A DNA stretch of 64,000 nt from Mustelus asterias (lineage: Eukaryota). The notes beneath the pieces are model-generated. The model made no database searches. It saw only the letters and a program-made list of their open reading frames with translations, and was not told where the DNA came from. The stretch lies in contig NW_027590156.1 in NCBI RefSeq assembly GCF_964213995.1, forward strand, positions 186,001 to 250,000. Reading direction: 5' to 3'. Below, in pieces: positions 1 through 11,760 of this stretch. The first letter of the stretch is position 1. Every line of letters begins with the position of its first letter. The position numbers and the translations under genes are program-made.

Positions 1-305
1 TGCAAAGTACGAACGATTGAGATGTTGTGTCAAGGTAAAATCTGTCTGGTAATCGGTCAGATTTTACCGTTTACACCGCCACTGAATTACGAAACTTTTC
101 CCTCACTCCGAATTGTAAAGTATTTGGAAATATTTCTTTCCTGTTTCGAACCATCGGAAGCGAAAGTGATAATTGTACTGCAACGTTCGTTGTTTGAAAA
201 TGATCCACAGGTCAGTTTCGTGACAAATGTGCGAAAAATTCTGAAAGCCCAATCACTCTGAAATTGATAACATTTGGAAATGTTTTTGTAAAAATAAAGT
301 ACTAC

Positions 306-505
306 TGATGCTGGAACCTGAAACACAAACAGAAAATAATGGAAAATCTCAGCAGGTCTGCCAGCACTTGTGATGAGAGAATCGAGCCATTGTGTCGAAT
401 CAAGAAGTCTGACGAAGGGTCATCCAGACTTGAAATGTTGGTTCCACTCTCTCCCCACAGATGCTATCATACCGGCTGAGTTTTTCCAGAAATTTCTGTT
501 TTTCT
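306..505. mobile_element. Short inverted-repeat (fold-back) element, probably Penelope-derived
   Basis: Arm aaacagaaaataatggaaaatctcagcaggtctgccagca (~327-367) is the approximate reverse complement of ~460-502; a related single arm occurs at ~59770-59885. Confidence 0.6.
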
Positions 506-1157
506 GGTAAATATTCCTGCCCCAGATCCAACAGGAACCCTTTTGCGTGTAAAGCGACCGTGATACCCACTACACTCCAGCAACGCTGCGATGCCCTGAT
601 ATTCGGAAACTGACGCCACAAACACGTCAATTGCCCACAGCAACTGTGATTTACATTGTGTCTGCTGGTATCTCAAATTAATCAGGTAACGGGGAAGTGG
701 TGGAAAGGATATTGAAAGAAGGAACATTGAATTAAAATTGTATCGAAATTAAAGACCAGTACGCCATTCCTATGTTACTGACTCTGAAATACAAATGGGT
801 GCCATCATTTAAATACTTCATTAAGGAATGGAACTATTTTGGAATTACCCTGTATTATTGCAGTGCTGTTAATAAAGTCAGTAATAGACTGTCTATTGCT
901 GGGAGTTTGATTATCTGCTGTCTGAAACCAAAATATTCAATATTTCGAGTGAAAAAGATGAACAAGGAAACACGTCAGTGCCGAATATTCCAGCTGGATA
1001 TTCACAGGAGAAAGTCTGTTTTCTAACACTTCCAGTAGAAAGAACAGAGAAAGATCCATCTGGAAGAAACCCTTCCATCATTTGTAAATATATTTCTAAT
1101 GTTGACAGGTTCCAACAGTCAGTTTCCATCACATTGAAGTCAACGGAAGGTGGGAGA

Positions 1158-1301
1158 TAGAGTCATAGAGTTATAGAATCATAGAGGTTTACAACATGGA
1201 AACAGGCCCTTCGGCCCAACTTGTCCATGCCGGCATTTTTTCTAAACCCTAAGCTAATCCAAATTGCCGGCATTTGGCCCATATCCCTCTATACCCATCT
1301 T
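1158..1301 (-). mobile_element. CR1 LINE 3' end fragment
   Basis: catagag tail repeats plus aaacaggcccttcggccc 3'UTR stem, matching the CR1 end at 9418. Confidence 0.8.
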
Positions 1302-1650
1302 ATTTTCAACATTTTCAACAAAATATTTTCAACAAAAACAGAATGGTTCAAAGTTCCAGAGTGAAATGTAACTTGATGTTACTTACATTAGTAGATTTAG
1401 GAAAGCCACACAAACATTTTCAGTCTGGAACTTTCACTCTCAGGAACAGCCCAATTTTACACCAATCTCGGATTTTACAGCACGTTTGCAGTATTCAACA
1501 TTGCTCCCCTGACTCCGAACACCGTTGTAAAGGAGCTTCTCTTCCGTGTCTCGGAGCTCTGAACCATGGAAGAGAGCGGCTCGCACACATTCCTTACACA
1601 CCTCAGGATTAACCTCCAAGTTCAGTCCTGGGCGTGAGTAACTGCAGCAA

Positions 1651-2218
1651 TGTAAGAAGTCTCGCAACACCAGGTTAAGATCCAACAGGTGTATTTGGAA
1701 TCACGGGCTTTCGGAGCGCTGCTCCTTCATCAGGTGCGTGAAGGTTAGTTCGCAAGCACAGCATATATAATTAAAGACACAAATGCAAGATAGTTACAGA
1801 TTGGTATGTGAAGAGTGATTTAATATGAGTCGTTACAGGAAAATATAAAGTAAATAATCAAGTTTTTATAGGTGCGAACCGTGTGAGTGGAGCGAGGGAC
1901 AATCACAAGTTAAAGGGGTATGAATTGCCTCAAACCAGGTCAGTTCGTAGGATTTTGCAAACCCAGGCAGTATGGTGGGGGTTACAAGTCGTGCGACATT
2001 CACCCAGGATCCCAGTTAAGGCCGTCCTCATGCATGTTGAACTTGGCTATCAGTTTCTGCTCGGCGATTCTGCGTTGCCATGTGTCTTGAAGAACGCTTA
2101 CCCGAAAACTGGAGGCTGAATGTCCTGGACTGCTGAAGTGCTCCCCAACTGGAAGGGAACACTCCTGCCTGGCGATTGTTGTGCAGTGTCCGTTCAACAG
2201 TTGCCGTCATGTCTGCAA
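1651..2218 (-). mobile_element. Penelope-like element, 3' part (GIY-YIG endonuclease C-terminus)
   Basis: ORF 2000-2197 (MNGHCTTIARQECSLPVGEHF...EQKLIAKF) is homologous to the GIY-YIG ORF at 17333-17791; terminal caccaggttaa..ccaacagg sequence is shared. Confidence 0.85.
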
Positions 2219-2249
2219 GGTCCTCCGTTCCCTAGAAAGAGGGCAAGGT

Positions 2250-2770
2250 CCTCCGCTCATTTGTGAATACGCTGGTGTGCCAGGAAGTGGTTGGAATCCC
2301 TTCCCACACTCAGAAAAGGTGAACGGCCTCTCCTTGGTGTGACATTGTTGGTGTGTGAGCAGTTCGGATGACTGAATTAATCCTTTCCCACTTTCCGGGT
2401 ATATGAACCGTCTCACTCCAGTCTGAAGCTGTTTTTGTATTCACATATACTTCTTGTTTTAAAGCTCTTTTCACAATCAGAACATTTAAAAGGACTCTGA
2501 TCACTGTGATCAAGTTTATGCTTAGTGAGCTGGGATGACTAAGCGAATCCTTTCCCACAAACAGAGCAGGTGACTGCATTCTCCTCTGTGTGAACTCATT
2601 CATGTGCCAGCGGGTCAGATGAGTAAGCAAATTCCTTCGCACATTTAAAACATCAGAACAGCTTCTCCCCAGTATGAACTTGCTGGTGTGTTGACAGAAG
2701 GGACAACTGATTATATCCATCTCCACACTTCGAGACAGTGAATGACCTCTCCCCAGTTTGACTGCGTTGA
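2250..2770 (-). pseudogene. C2H2 (Kruppel-type) zinc-finger gene remnant, about 6 fingers
   Basis: Minus-strand translation gives HTGEKLF*CFKCAKEF, HTEENAVTCSVCGKGF, PFKCSDCEKSF and HTKERPFTFSECGKGF, with stops and frameshifts. Confidence 0.85.
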
Positions 2771-3394
2771 TCATTTCCCAGTTCAAAGATTAAAGAGTAT
2801 AAATAGGGAAAATATTTTAATTTAATATGTTTTCCTTGAAGTTCTGTCTTTTTATTACAATGCCGTTTTAATAGGATTTCAACAAGTTTATTAGTTCATT
2901 TGTTTTACTAGTATATGAAAAATAGAAAACCGCTCTCAGACCTCACTGATTTCTATCCAAAGTGGAACCACAGGAAGGGGAGGCTCCACAAACATCCCCA
3001 CTCTCAATGATGGGCTCCAGCACATCACGGCCGTGTTTTGTGTTTACTGACCCGGATGTGTTATCAATGCCTTCCCTGGTTCCCAAGGCTTGGAAAGACA
3101 TTTTGGAAGGTATGAGTTCAACAGAATAGCTGAAGGTCCAAGAAATGAAATGATCTAGACAGTTAGAAAGGAGAAAATAATAAAGATGAAGCATTGAGTG
3201 ACAGGCAGTGACAGGTTAGCAATTAATCTGCTCCTATCCTGGAGAAATGAAGGAACTGACTCTGTGCCTGAAACAATATTAGTTCATTTGACACATATCG
3301 GAATATTCAAAAGCAGCAAGTTATGGAGATTATTAACGTCAGCATGAAGAAACGCCAGCTCTCAGATTGAACATTTTTCAGGTTTTGATGTGAT

Positions 3395-3583
3395 TAATCT
3401 GGAATTAAAAGTGTAATGATGACCATGAAACCATTATCAACTGTTGCAAAACCCCATCCGGTTCACTAATGTCATGGGGGAAGGAGATCTGCCATCCTTA
3501 GCTGGTTTGGCCTACATGTGACTCCAGAGCCACAGTAATGTGGTTGATCCTTAAATGTCCTCTCAAATGGAGGGCAATTAAGG
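3395..3583 (+). mobile_element. SINE fragment (second shark SINE family; same as 30593 and 35824)
   Basis: aatctggaattaa...ggttcactaatgtc...atctgccatcctta core is shared with the other two copies. Confidence 0.75.
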
Positions 3584-3593
3584 CTCCTCCCTC

Positions 3594-3670
3594 TGACGTC
3601 ATGGATTGGTGAACGAAGGCACTCTGAGCTGATTGGATGAAATGGAGGGTAATGAATCTGTGAGCTGATT
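3594..3670 (+). promoter_or_regulatory. V1 promoter: CRE palindrome TGACGTCA plus inverted CCAAT boxes
   Basis: TGACGTCA at 3594-3601, about 197 bp before the ATG; same motif and spacing in paralog V7 (27410-27417). Confidence 0.65.
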
Positions 3671-3797
3671 GGGTGTCTCCCGCTGGCTCTGTCAGGAACG
3701 AGCCAATCGCTTGAGGCCGGATATTTCTCAACATTTTCTGAACCCTGAAATAAATATGGAGCTTGAACTCACTGAGTTCAGATCCAGCATCATCTCT

Positions 3798-4328
3798 ATG
3801 AAGGCTTTGTGTGTTACTCTTTACCAGTTCCTCACAGCGTCAACTCTTTTAACTGGTAAGTTCCCAAGTTGCACATTCTGCCGCTTGCTCGCGATACTGA
3901 CATAGACACCTTTCCATTGAACTGTTTTTCCATCTATTTGTAATATATTCAATTACCTAAATCCCGTTGTTTCTGACAAAGTGAAAAGAAAAATTAAATT
4001 TCGTATTTCTATTCTTTTTTGCAGGTGTGAGTGCTGCAGGTTTTGTCTCCCAGGGACCGGTTACAGCGATAAGGTTTGAAGGAGAATCGGTGTGTATTGA
4101 TTTCAGCTATTCGACCACAGCTGCTGCATATTCTTTTCAGTTTTACCACCAGGACCTGTATAAAGTCCCCACATTCTTGATCTACATCCCCAATTACGAA
4201 GATGTTGTCAGAGCAGAGGGCGTGGGGCTCGATTTGCTGCATCTTTGAACACTTCGAAAAATCAGGGAAATTTCACCACGTGAGCTGCAGCTGTCTGACA
4301 GCGCGGTTTATTACAGCCGACTGAGAGA
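3798..4328 (+). pseudogene. TCR alpha/delta-type V segment V1 (pseudogene; family lacking Cys23)
   Basis: Leader 3798-3855 MKALCVTLYQFLTASTLLT|gtaagt; acceptor ttttgcag; V exon 4025-4328 GVSAAGFVSQ...FLIYIPNY, frameshifted in FR3, ending ELQLSDSAVYYSRLR next to an RSS. Confidence 0.9.
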
Positions 4329-4367
4329 CACAGTGACCAGAACCAGAGGAAGCCTCGTGCAAAATAA
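4329..4367 (+). other. 23-RSS of V1
   Basis: CACAGTG-23 bp-GCAAAATAA. Confidence 0.9.
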
Positions 4368-4649
4368 CTACCGCAGTGTGACAAAGGGAATGGCTGGGCA
4401 GAAGGGGAAAACCTGGAATTTCTAAACCTACCTGTAGGTTGCTATGATTTAAAATGAACCCAAATTATTAGCAAGTCGAGAGCAACAGGTACTGCACTGG
4501 GAAACGTTTCCTCTTTTCCATTTTTGTCGAATACATGAACATAACGTGAAGGTGAGATTGAAACAATCATTATTTTAAAATTAAAGATACTGTTATGAAA
4601 GAACTGTGGAAAATATTTGATATTTGACGTGTCGCAAGGAGAAATACGA

Positions 4650-4950
4650 CACAAGAAATGAAGCTAAGCAAATGGAAAGACAGTGAGTGAATCAAAAGCA
4701 GAGACCGTGGTAGATATAGGTACATAGATAGGGAGAGACGGATTGAGATTCGGGGAGGTAAAGAGGAAGCGGAATGATAGAAATGAGTGAGAACCAGAGA
4801 TAAATAGTGGGACTGACACGGAGTGAAAAAGAGGCGGAGGCAGGAAGGGAATTAGATTAAGAAACGGTGAAGAAACGAAGAGAGACAAGAAGGCTGTGAA
4901 CACGAGAAACAGAGAGCTATACAGTGAGAGAAACGAAGGGGCGCATTGAG
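4650..4950. repeat. Purine-rich low-complexity tract
   Basis: GA-rich decayed simple repeat; explains the spurious F/S/L-rich ORF 4664-4903. Confidence 0.6.
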
Positions 4951-5002
4951 AAAAGCAATGTCCAAAATTGATTCAGGAATTCCAGATGGAGAAATAAAAT
5001 AA

Positions 5003-5578
5003 CATAATATAGAAACATAGAAAAACTACAGCACAATACAGGCCCTTCAGCCCAGAAAGTTGTGTCGAACATGTCCCCATCTTAGCGATTACTAGGCTTA
5101 CCTATAACCCTCTATCTTACTAAGTTCCATGTACTTATCTAAAAGTCTCTTAAAATACCCTATCGAATCCGCCTCCACCACCGTTGCTGGCAGCCCATTC
5201 CACGCACCCACCACCCTTTGAGTGAAAAACTTACCCCTGACATCTCCTCTGAACCTACTCCCCAGCACTTTAAACCTGTGTCCCCTAGTGGCAACCATTT
5301 CAGCCCTGGGAAAAAGCCTCTGACTATCCACTCGATCAATACCTCTCAACATCTTATACACCTCTATCAGGTCACCCCTCATCCTTCGTCTCTCCAAGGA
5401 GAAAAGGCCGAGCTCACTCAACCTATCCTCATAAGGCATGCTGCCCAACCCAGGCAACATCCTTGTAAATCTCCTCTGCACCCTTTCTATGGCTTCCACA
5501 TCCTTCCTGCAATGAGGCGACCAGAACTGAGCACAGTGCTGCAAGTGTGGTCTGACCAGTGTCTTAAAGAGCTGCAAA
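5003..5578 (-). mobile_element. CR1 LINE, 5'-truncated
   Basis: ORF 5098-5607 LVRPHL...ERVQRRFTRMLPG...FFTQRVVGAWN (ORF2 C-terminus) plus tail. Confidence 0.95.
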
Positions 5579-5727
5579 TAGTTATATAGTCTGATATAAC
5601 ATAACACGTGATAAGGAAAGGGTGATTTCGGACAGCCGCTTGTCCCGCTGGAATACTAGACTAGCTGCAGAACCACAATATTATCGTTCCAGTACCCGCT
5701 GCAGTAAACAAACAAACATGGTGAGAC

Positions 5728-5742
5728 ACCGCCATCTGGTGG
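5728..5742 (-). promoter_or_regulatory. CTCF motif
   Basis: Reverse complement CCACCAGATGGCGGT fits the CCASYAGRKGGCRSY core at every position. Confidence 0.6.
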
Positions 5743-6269
5743 CTATGTGAGGCTAATTCCTGGAAAATCACCGAATTCTCAAGTTCCTGAAATATGTTGT
5801 TACAAGACTCTGCCGCATTATTCTTGCAAATATTGTTATTGTTGCAATGCAATGAACGTATACATGAGAGCCAATTCCACTTTTATCTTAAACACTGCCG
5901 ATTTATTGTAATGCCTCAGCCTCTCTGGATCACGAAGCTTGCTTTAGCGATATGAATCCGCCAAGGTCCCAATGAAATCCAGATTTTAAAACAACAACAC
6001 ATGCCAATTATGTAAATATACCCCCTGTTCACACATTCGTTCGAGATTTAAATGGTACAGTTTCAATTTTAGTTTCTTCGGTTGGCAGCAAACTGGGAAA
6101 ATAATGTCGGAATTAATATTAAATAGTAAGCGTAACAAAAGTGAAATGATGAAAAAGGCATAAGCATCAGGAATAATAAAATCAAAACAATAACATCCGT
6201 AATACTCTGGCATGGTAATATTTTAGAATGCTGCAATATTCGAGAATAATTGGGTTTACGCAAATCATT

Positions 6270-6284
6270 CCACTAGGTGGCGCT
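6270..6284 (+). promoter_or_regulatory. CTCF motif
   Basis: CCACTAGGTGGCGCT fits the core at every position. Confidence 0.6.
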
Positions 6285-7760
6285 CCAGAAACTTTTATTT
6301 GACCGAAAGTACGTAAAACTGCAGTTCACCGCTCTCACAGGTGACAGCTGTAAATTACAGGAAATAATGTTGTGATGTGACACTTCACTGTGAACAGTGG
6401 CATATTTAGGACAAGCACCCGTCGATGAATTGTCAATGTTATGGCAAAGGAGACTTGGAGAGTGAACTTTGCAAACCATTGCATTTCATGGTGCATGGTC
6501 ACAGGGTTTACTGAAGGAAAAAATCAGCGCAATGTTTCTAATTAATAGCGTTGATCAGTGAGAAGGACAGCAAAAGAGAGAGAGGGAGGGTATGTCTGTG
6601 AGAGAGAGGTGGTGCGGGTTCCCATGCTTGTGATGTAAGATTTTGGTTACGATTGTTCACAAACACAAAGTATCCAGAAAATACAAGGACTGACAAATCT
6701 CTTCATTTCGCTATGCGCGTCAGAGAGACAACTCTTTGTGGCGGTGATCCACAATGCCCCGTGTCCTCTGTATAAATAATGTTTCAAACAGCACACACAG
6801 CGGCTGCACTGGAAATAAACTTCCATCATTTGTAAAGTGCTTTCAGATGTCCAGAATCCATCAAGGACGCTAGACCAGTAAAAAAAACTTTTATTTCACT
6901 TGAAGAGTAATAGTTGATTCCAAAGGTTAAACATGTTATCCGGCCGCTTCCATCAGGAGCCGCAAAGGTTGCTGCTTTAAATTTCCGTTTCTTTATTTTA
7001 ATCCATGATTGGGTTGATGAACAGTCACTAACTCCCGGGATATCCAGGATTCAGTCTTCAGTCTATTCCGAGATTCTTTCCTCCCCACAAGACACATGGA
7101 TTCTTTCAGGAAAAACAATGCCAGAAGGTACTTGGGTGACGCTGATGGAAAGTGACTGAGGCATCGAGAAGTTGCTCCTATCTATCTCTCAGTTATCAGG
7201 CTGATCACCTCGATTAACCGTTGCATCAATCCGGCATGTGTAAATATAAACTATATATTAATTGTCAAAACAGTGTAAATACCTCAGAATTAACAATATA
7301 CGCGCTAATCTACACACAACGCTTGCCAGGCTAGGTTCCGTTGTTATTTTTACCGCCTATGAAGCAGAAGATTTGAGGAGACTCTAGTCGCAGGATCTAT
7401 TCAGATGCGGCCGTGCACTCCGCAGCGGATGGTGAATTGTCAAAGGTACCGAATGAGATGTTAAATCGAGGGCACCGACTGCCTTCTCAGATGGACGTGA
7501 TAGTGCGCAAGGACACTATTTCGAAGAAGAGCAGTAGAGTTGCTCTAGTCAATAACTACCCAAGAATAAACGTCCTGAAACAGGCTATCCATAATAATGT
7601 TATTTGAAGGACCATGGTGGGGGCCAACTTGGCTTGTGTTTTTTTCATTCATCGTATCAGTGACATTAAACACATTGTGTGACATCAGGTAAGTCGGCAT
7701 ATAAATATTCTATAATGATTCACTCAACAGCCACATTTGAATGTTGAGTGACGCTCTGAC

Positions 7761-7799
7761 AGTTTTTGTACAGGTTCAGCACATTTCTGTGTCTCTGTG
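7761..7799 (-). other. 23-RSS of V2
   Basis: CACAGAG-23 bp-ACAAAAACT. Confidence 0.95.
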
Positions 7800-8569
7800 G
7801 GTCTCAGTGCGCAGTAATACACCCCGGAGTCTGCCAGCTCTATCTTAGACACATTCAGCGGAATGGTGCTCTTCATAAAGTCAAACTCTGCAGAGAAACA
7901 GTCCCCTCGGAATCTTTCTGTGTTCCCACTGTACCTACTTTTCTGATACAGAAACTCCATGGACCCGCTGGGATACTGACGATACCAGAATAGATTAGGG
8001 TCGTCGCTGGTTGTAGCTGTAAAGTTACAGATCAACTGACCGTCACGTCCTTCACTCACTGTGATTGCAGCTGGTGTCTGTGTAACAGAGTCTCCTCCAC
8101 AATATCCTGAAAGTATTCAGAGTAACAATACATTAAATGATGTCAATCAACTACGTTTATCACACAGAATCTGCATTTTGCCCTGTGCAACAGCCGGATA
8201 AATAACTTGGTGCAACGAAAGTGAAACATATTTCCAACATCTCAGGGATTATAACTTGATTATATTTGAATCGAATAATAAAATTTCTGGAATGCACATT
8301 TGGCGCCATCGATCGGGTTCACTTCCCCTCTCGCGTTTCCTGCAATTTGAAGGGGAAACTGACAACTGTCCATAGGTTTTCAAGTCCACTGTTTGTCACA
8401 GGGTGTGTGGCGGTAAAGTGCTGAGGGTTAATTTATGATCAATCCATTGTTACCGATGTGATGATGCCATGTGTGGTAAATATATGAAACACAGCTTTGT
8501 GAAACTTGTGAACTGACCGGTTAACAGAGCAGCCGCTGTGAGGAATAAACACAAAGTGACAGGAGACAT
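7800..8569 (-). CDS. TCR alpha/delta-type V segment V2, apparently functional (leader 8569-8518, V exon 8106-7800)
   Basis: MSPVTLCLFLTAAALLT|gtcagt...tttcag|GYCGGDSVTQTPAAITVSEGRDGQLICNF...LFWYRQYP...DSGVYYCALRP; open frame with Cys23, Trp41, Cys104 and an intact RSS; CCAAT and TGACGCA about 100-125 bp upstream. Confidence 0.95.
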
Positions 8570-8912
8570 GTTTGCAGAGACCTCATAGCACAGTCAACAG
8601 CAATGGGCTGAGGCTGAAAGTTTTCACTCAAGAATTGAGAAGCGGGTGAGCAACACCCACTATTCTTCTGATTGGTTCTTCGCCGCGTGCGTCATCAGTT
8701 GACATTGAATCATCTAAAACAAATATGCGAACGATTCAACCAATAATGTCAAACTCCTTGGATCTTCAATTCCTACCCTCCACGCGGAGTGAAAGGTGAT
8801 TTTATTCATCTTAACCTGAGTACTCTCTGTGGAATAATTCCAACGTTGGTCCTTTAGCAGCTCAATCTGTACAGCGGAGTCAGAGAAGGGAAACAATGAA
8901 TGAAACAGTGAA

Positions 8913-9245
8913 TGTATGGCCACATTCCCCTCCAACTCAATTTTCAAGTTTGCTGATGACACCACCGTGGTGGGTCGGATTCCGAACAATGATGAGGCAG
9001 GAAAGAGATGGTGAATCTGGTGAACTGGTGCGAGGACAGTAGTCGCTCCCTGAATGTCAGTTAAACGAAAGAGATAGTCATCGACTTTATTAAGCGTAGT
9101 GGAGGACATGCACTATCGACATCAACGGGGATGAAGTGGGAATGGTCGAGAGCTTCAAGGTTTCTCGATGTCCAGATCACCAACAACTCGTCCTGATCCA
9201 TCCACGCCGGCGCTATATATAAGAAAGCCCACCAACACCTCTCAA
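8913..9245 (+). mobile_element. Rex1/Babar-type LINE RT fragment
   Basis: Translates KFADDTTVVGRIPNNDE...LVNWC...LNVS*TKEIVIDF, typical of Rex1/Babar RT. Confidence 0.7.
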
Positions 9246-9282
9246 GAGGCGAAGGGCTAGAACTTAGAACTATAACGTTTTC

Positions 9283-9417
9283 CTTTCACTGTCTCTAGGT
9301 CGAAATGCGGAGCTCTCTCCCGAATAGTTTTGTGTATATACTTACAACACATGGACTGCAGCAGTCCAAGACGGCAGCTCACTATCACTTTTACAAAGGC
9401 AATTAGTGAAGGGCAAT
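9283..9417 (+). mobile_element. LINE 3' end fragment sharing its tail with the second SINE family
   Basis: catggactgcagc...ggcagctca...ggcaattag...gggcaat tail resembles 36120-36150. Confidence 0.5.
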
Positions 9418-10650
9418 CATAGAGTCATAGAGGTTTGCAGCATGGAAAAAAGGCCCTTCGACCCAAATTGTCCATGCCACCCATTTTTTTAAACCTCTAA
9501 GCTAATCCCACTTGCCCGCATTTGGCACATATCCCTCTATACCCATCGTACCCATGTAACTATCTAAATGCTTTTTAAAAGGCAAAATTGTACCCGCTTC
9601 TACTACTACCTCTGGCAGCTTGTTCCAGACACCTACCACCCTATGTGTGAAACAATTGCCCTTCTGAAGACTTTTATATCTCTCCCCTCACACCTTAAAC
9701 CTATGCCCTCTAGTTTTAGACTCCCCTACCTTTGGGAAAATATATTGACTATCTAGCTGATCTGTGCCCCTCATTTTATAGACCTCTATAAGATCACCCC
9801 TCAGCCTCCTACGCTCCAGAGGAGAAAGTCCCAGTCTATCCAGCCTCTCCTTCTAACTCAATCCATCAAGTCCCGGTAGCATCCTAGTAAATCTTTTCTG
9901 CACTTCTTCGAGTTTAATAATATCCTTTCTATAATAGGGTGACCAGAATTGCACACAGTATTCCAAGTGTGGCCTGACCAATGTCTTGTACAACTTCAAC
10001 AAGACATTCCAACTCCTGTATTCAATGTTCTGACCGATGAAACCAAGCATGCCGAATGCCTTCTTCACCACTCTGTCCACCTGTGACCCCACTTTCAAGG
10101 AGCTATGAACATGTACCCCAAGATCTCTCTGCAACTCTCCCCAACGCCCTACCATTAACTGATTAAGTCCTGCCCTGGTTCAATCTACCTAAATGCATCA
10201 CCTCGCATTTGTCTAAATTAAACTCCATCTGCCATTCGTCAGCCCACTCGCCCAATTGATAAAGATCCCGTTGCAATTGGAGATAACTTTCTTCACTGTC
10301 CACTATGCCACCAATCTTAGTGTCATCTGCAAACTTAGTAACCATGCCCCCTATATTCTCATCCAAATCATTAATATAAATGACAAATAACAGTGGACCC
10401 AGCACTGATCCTTGAGGCACACCGCTGGTCACAGGCCTCCAGTTTGAAAAACAACTCTCTACAACCACCCTCTGGTTTCTGTCAATGAGCCAATTTTGCA
10501 TCCATTTAGATACCTCACCCTGAATCCCGTGAGATTTAACCTTATGCAACAATCTGCCATGCAGTACCTTGTCAAAGGCCTTGCTAAAGTCCGTGTAGAC
10601 AACATCAACTGCACTGCCCTCATCTACCTTCTTGGTTACCCCTTCAAAAA
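9418..10650 (-). mobile_element. CR1 LINE, 5'-truncated
   Basis: RT motifs [19 protein letters not shown] and FADD in ORFs 10163-10699 and 9853-10155. Confidence 0.95.
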
Positions 10651-10908
10651 ATACAGCTTTGACAATAACGTTCACTTTTACTAAAGATGAAAAGAACACA
10701 ACCGCTTACCCATTACGTCAATCAAACCAACAACTGAACCAAACTCCTCATGCCCCCTTCGGCGAATGCGTTTAAATTTCATGAAATTTAATTCAGAATA
10801 TGTGGGCGACTTGGGGTAACTTGCACCGACGAAAGACAGATAGAGATGAAATAGTAAATTACTGCAAACGACTGTCAGATTGTATGAATCGTTTTTTTTT
10901 TCACACTT

Positions 10909-11118
10909 GGCACAGTGGTTAGCACTCCTGCCTCACAACTCCAGGGACTTGGGTCACTGTCTGTGTGAAGTTTGCACATTCTCCCCGTGTCTGCGTGGAT
11001 TTCCTCCGGGTGCTCCGGTTTCCTCCCACAGTCTAAAGATGTGCGGGTTAGGTTGATTGGCCGTGCTAAATTGCCCCTTTGTGAATAGCCCGCACTGTAG
11101 GGATTCCATGATTCTATT
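10909..11118 (+). mobile_element. HE1-type tRNA-derived SINE
   Basis: ggcacagtggttagcact head; gggtgctccggtttcctcccaca central core. Confidence 0.85.
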
Positions 11119-11198
11119 TCACCGATGCTATAATGTATATTGGCAACTTCTGTCCTGCCAAGAGGCGAGGGTCTCTTGCCGTGAATCTAACTTTTTAT

Positions 11199-11760
11199 CA
11201 CTGAATGCCTCAGGGAGCAGAAATAAATTGCAGTGCCTCTCAGTTACAGCCCAGAGATGGGGAAAGTGAATTTTCTTGTCAAGCTGTTAAATTGCGCAAA
11301 AGAAGTATTTGGCAAAACCTGTCTCATCGCTGAACCTCCCGCGTATTTTATCAGAATAAGCTCTGGCTTTGTTTCAGGAATGTTGCCGGTAGCAGTATAA
11401 ATCATTGCAGTCGCTCGGTGCAGGATTATAGATGGAGGTTAAAGTCACCGCTTCTCCTTCTGTCTTAACTCCTGAGAATAGCAGCTGCTGATAGCGTTTC
11501 CATGACTCAGATCTGGAAAAAAAGATGTTCCAATGGTGATAGGTCAAACATGCGAGAATTTAAAAATCAGATTCGCAACATGTTGGAAGTAAAAGGACAA
11601 GTAAAATGTTTTGGATCCGCTCATGTCGTAATTTCCACCATTTTACAAATAAGAATACATTGTTTAGTGCGGTTAGGGGGAGAGTGGAGTATTAGTCGGG
11701 AGGAAATACTTACTGAGATGTTACAGAGTTAGCAGGAAGGAAAGAGATAGTTCCGAATGT
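11199..11760 (-). pseudogene. V segment V3, heavily decayed (same family as V5/V11/V12)
   Basis: Exon 11512-11206 KTEGEAVTL...DLYCYRQ...AIYFCSLR with stops and frameshifts; degenerate heptamer TTCAGTG at 11205-11199; leader-like donor gtaagt near 11713. Confidence 0.8.

Noticed and set aside
772-1026. ORF containing LYYCSA, resembling a V end
   Set aside because: No heptamer/nonamer after it and no WYRQ or other framework motifs.
5661-5720. LFTAAGTGTII resembling a J segment
   Set aside because: No FGXG motif, no 12-RSS and no splice donor.
11206-11512. Cys in CDR1 of V3 suggesting a NAR-TCR supporting V-delta
   Set aside because: V3 is a decayed V5-family member (Tyr>Cys is one base), appears to have a leader remnant, and no NAR V-D-J lies upstream.
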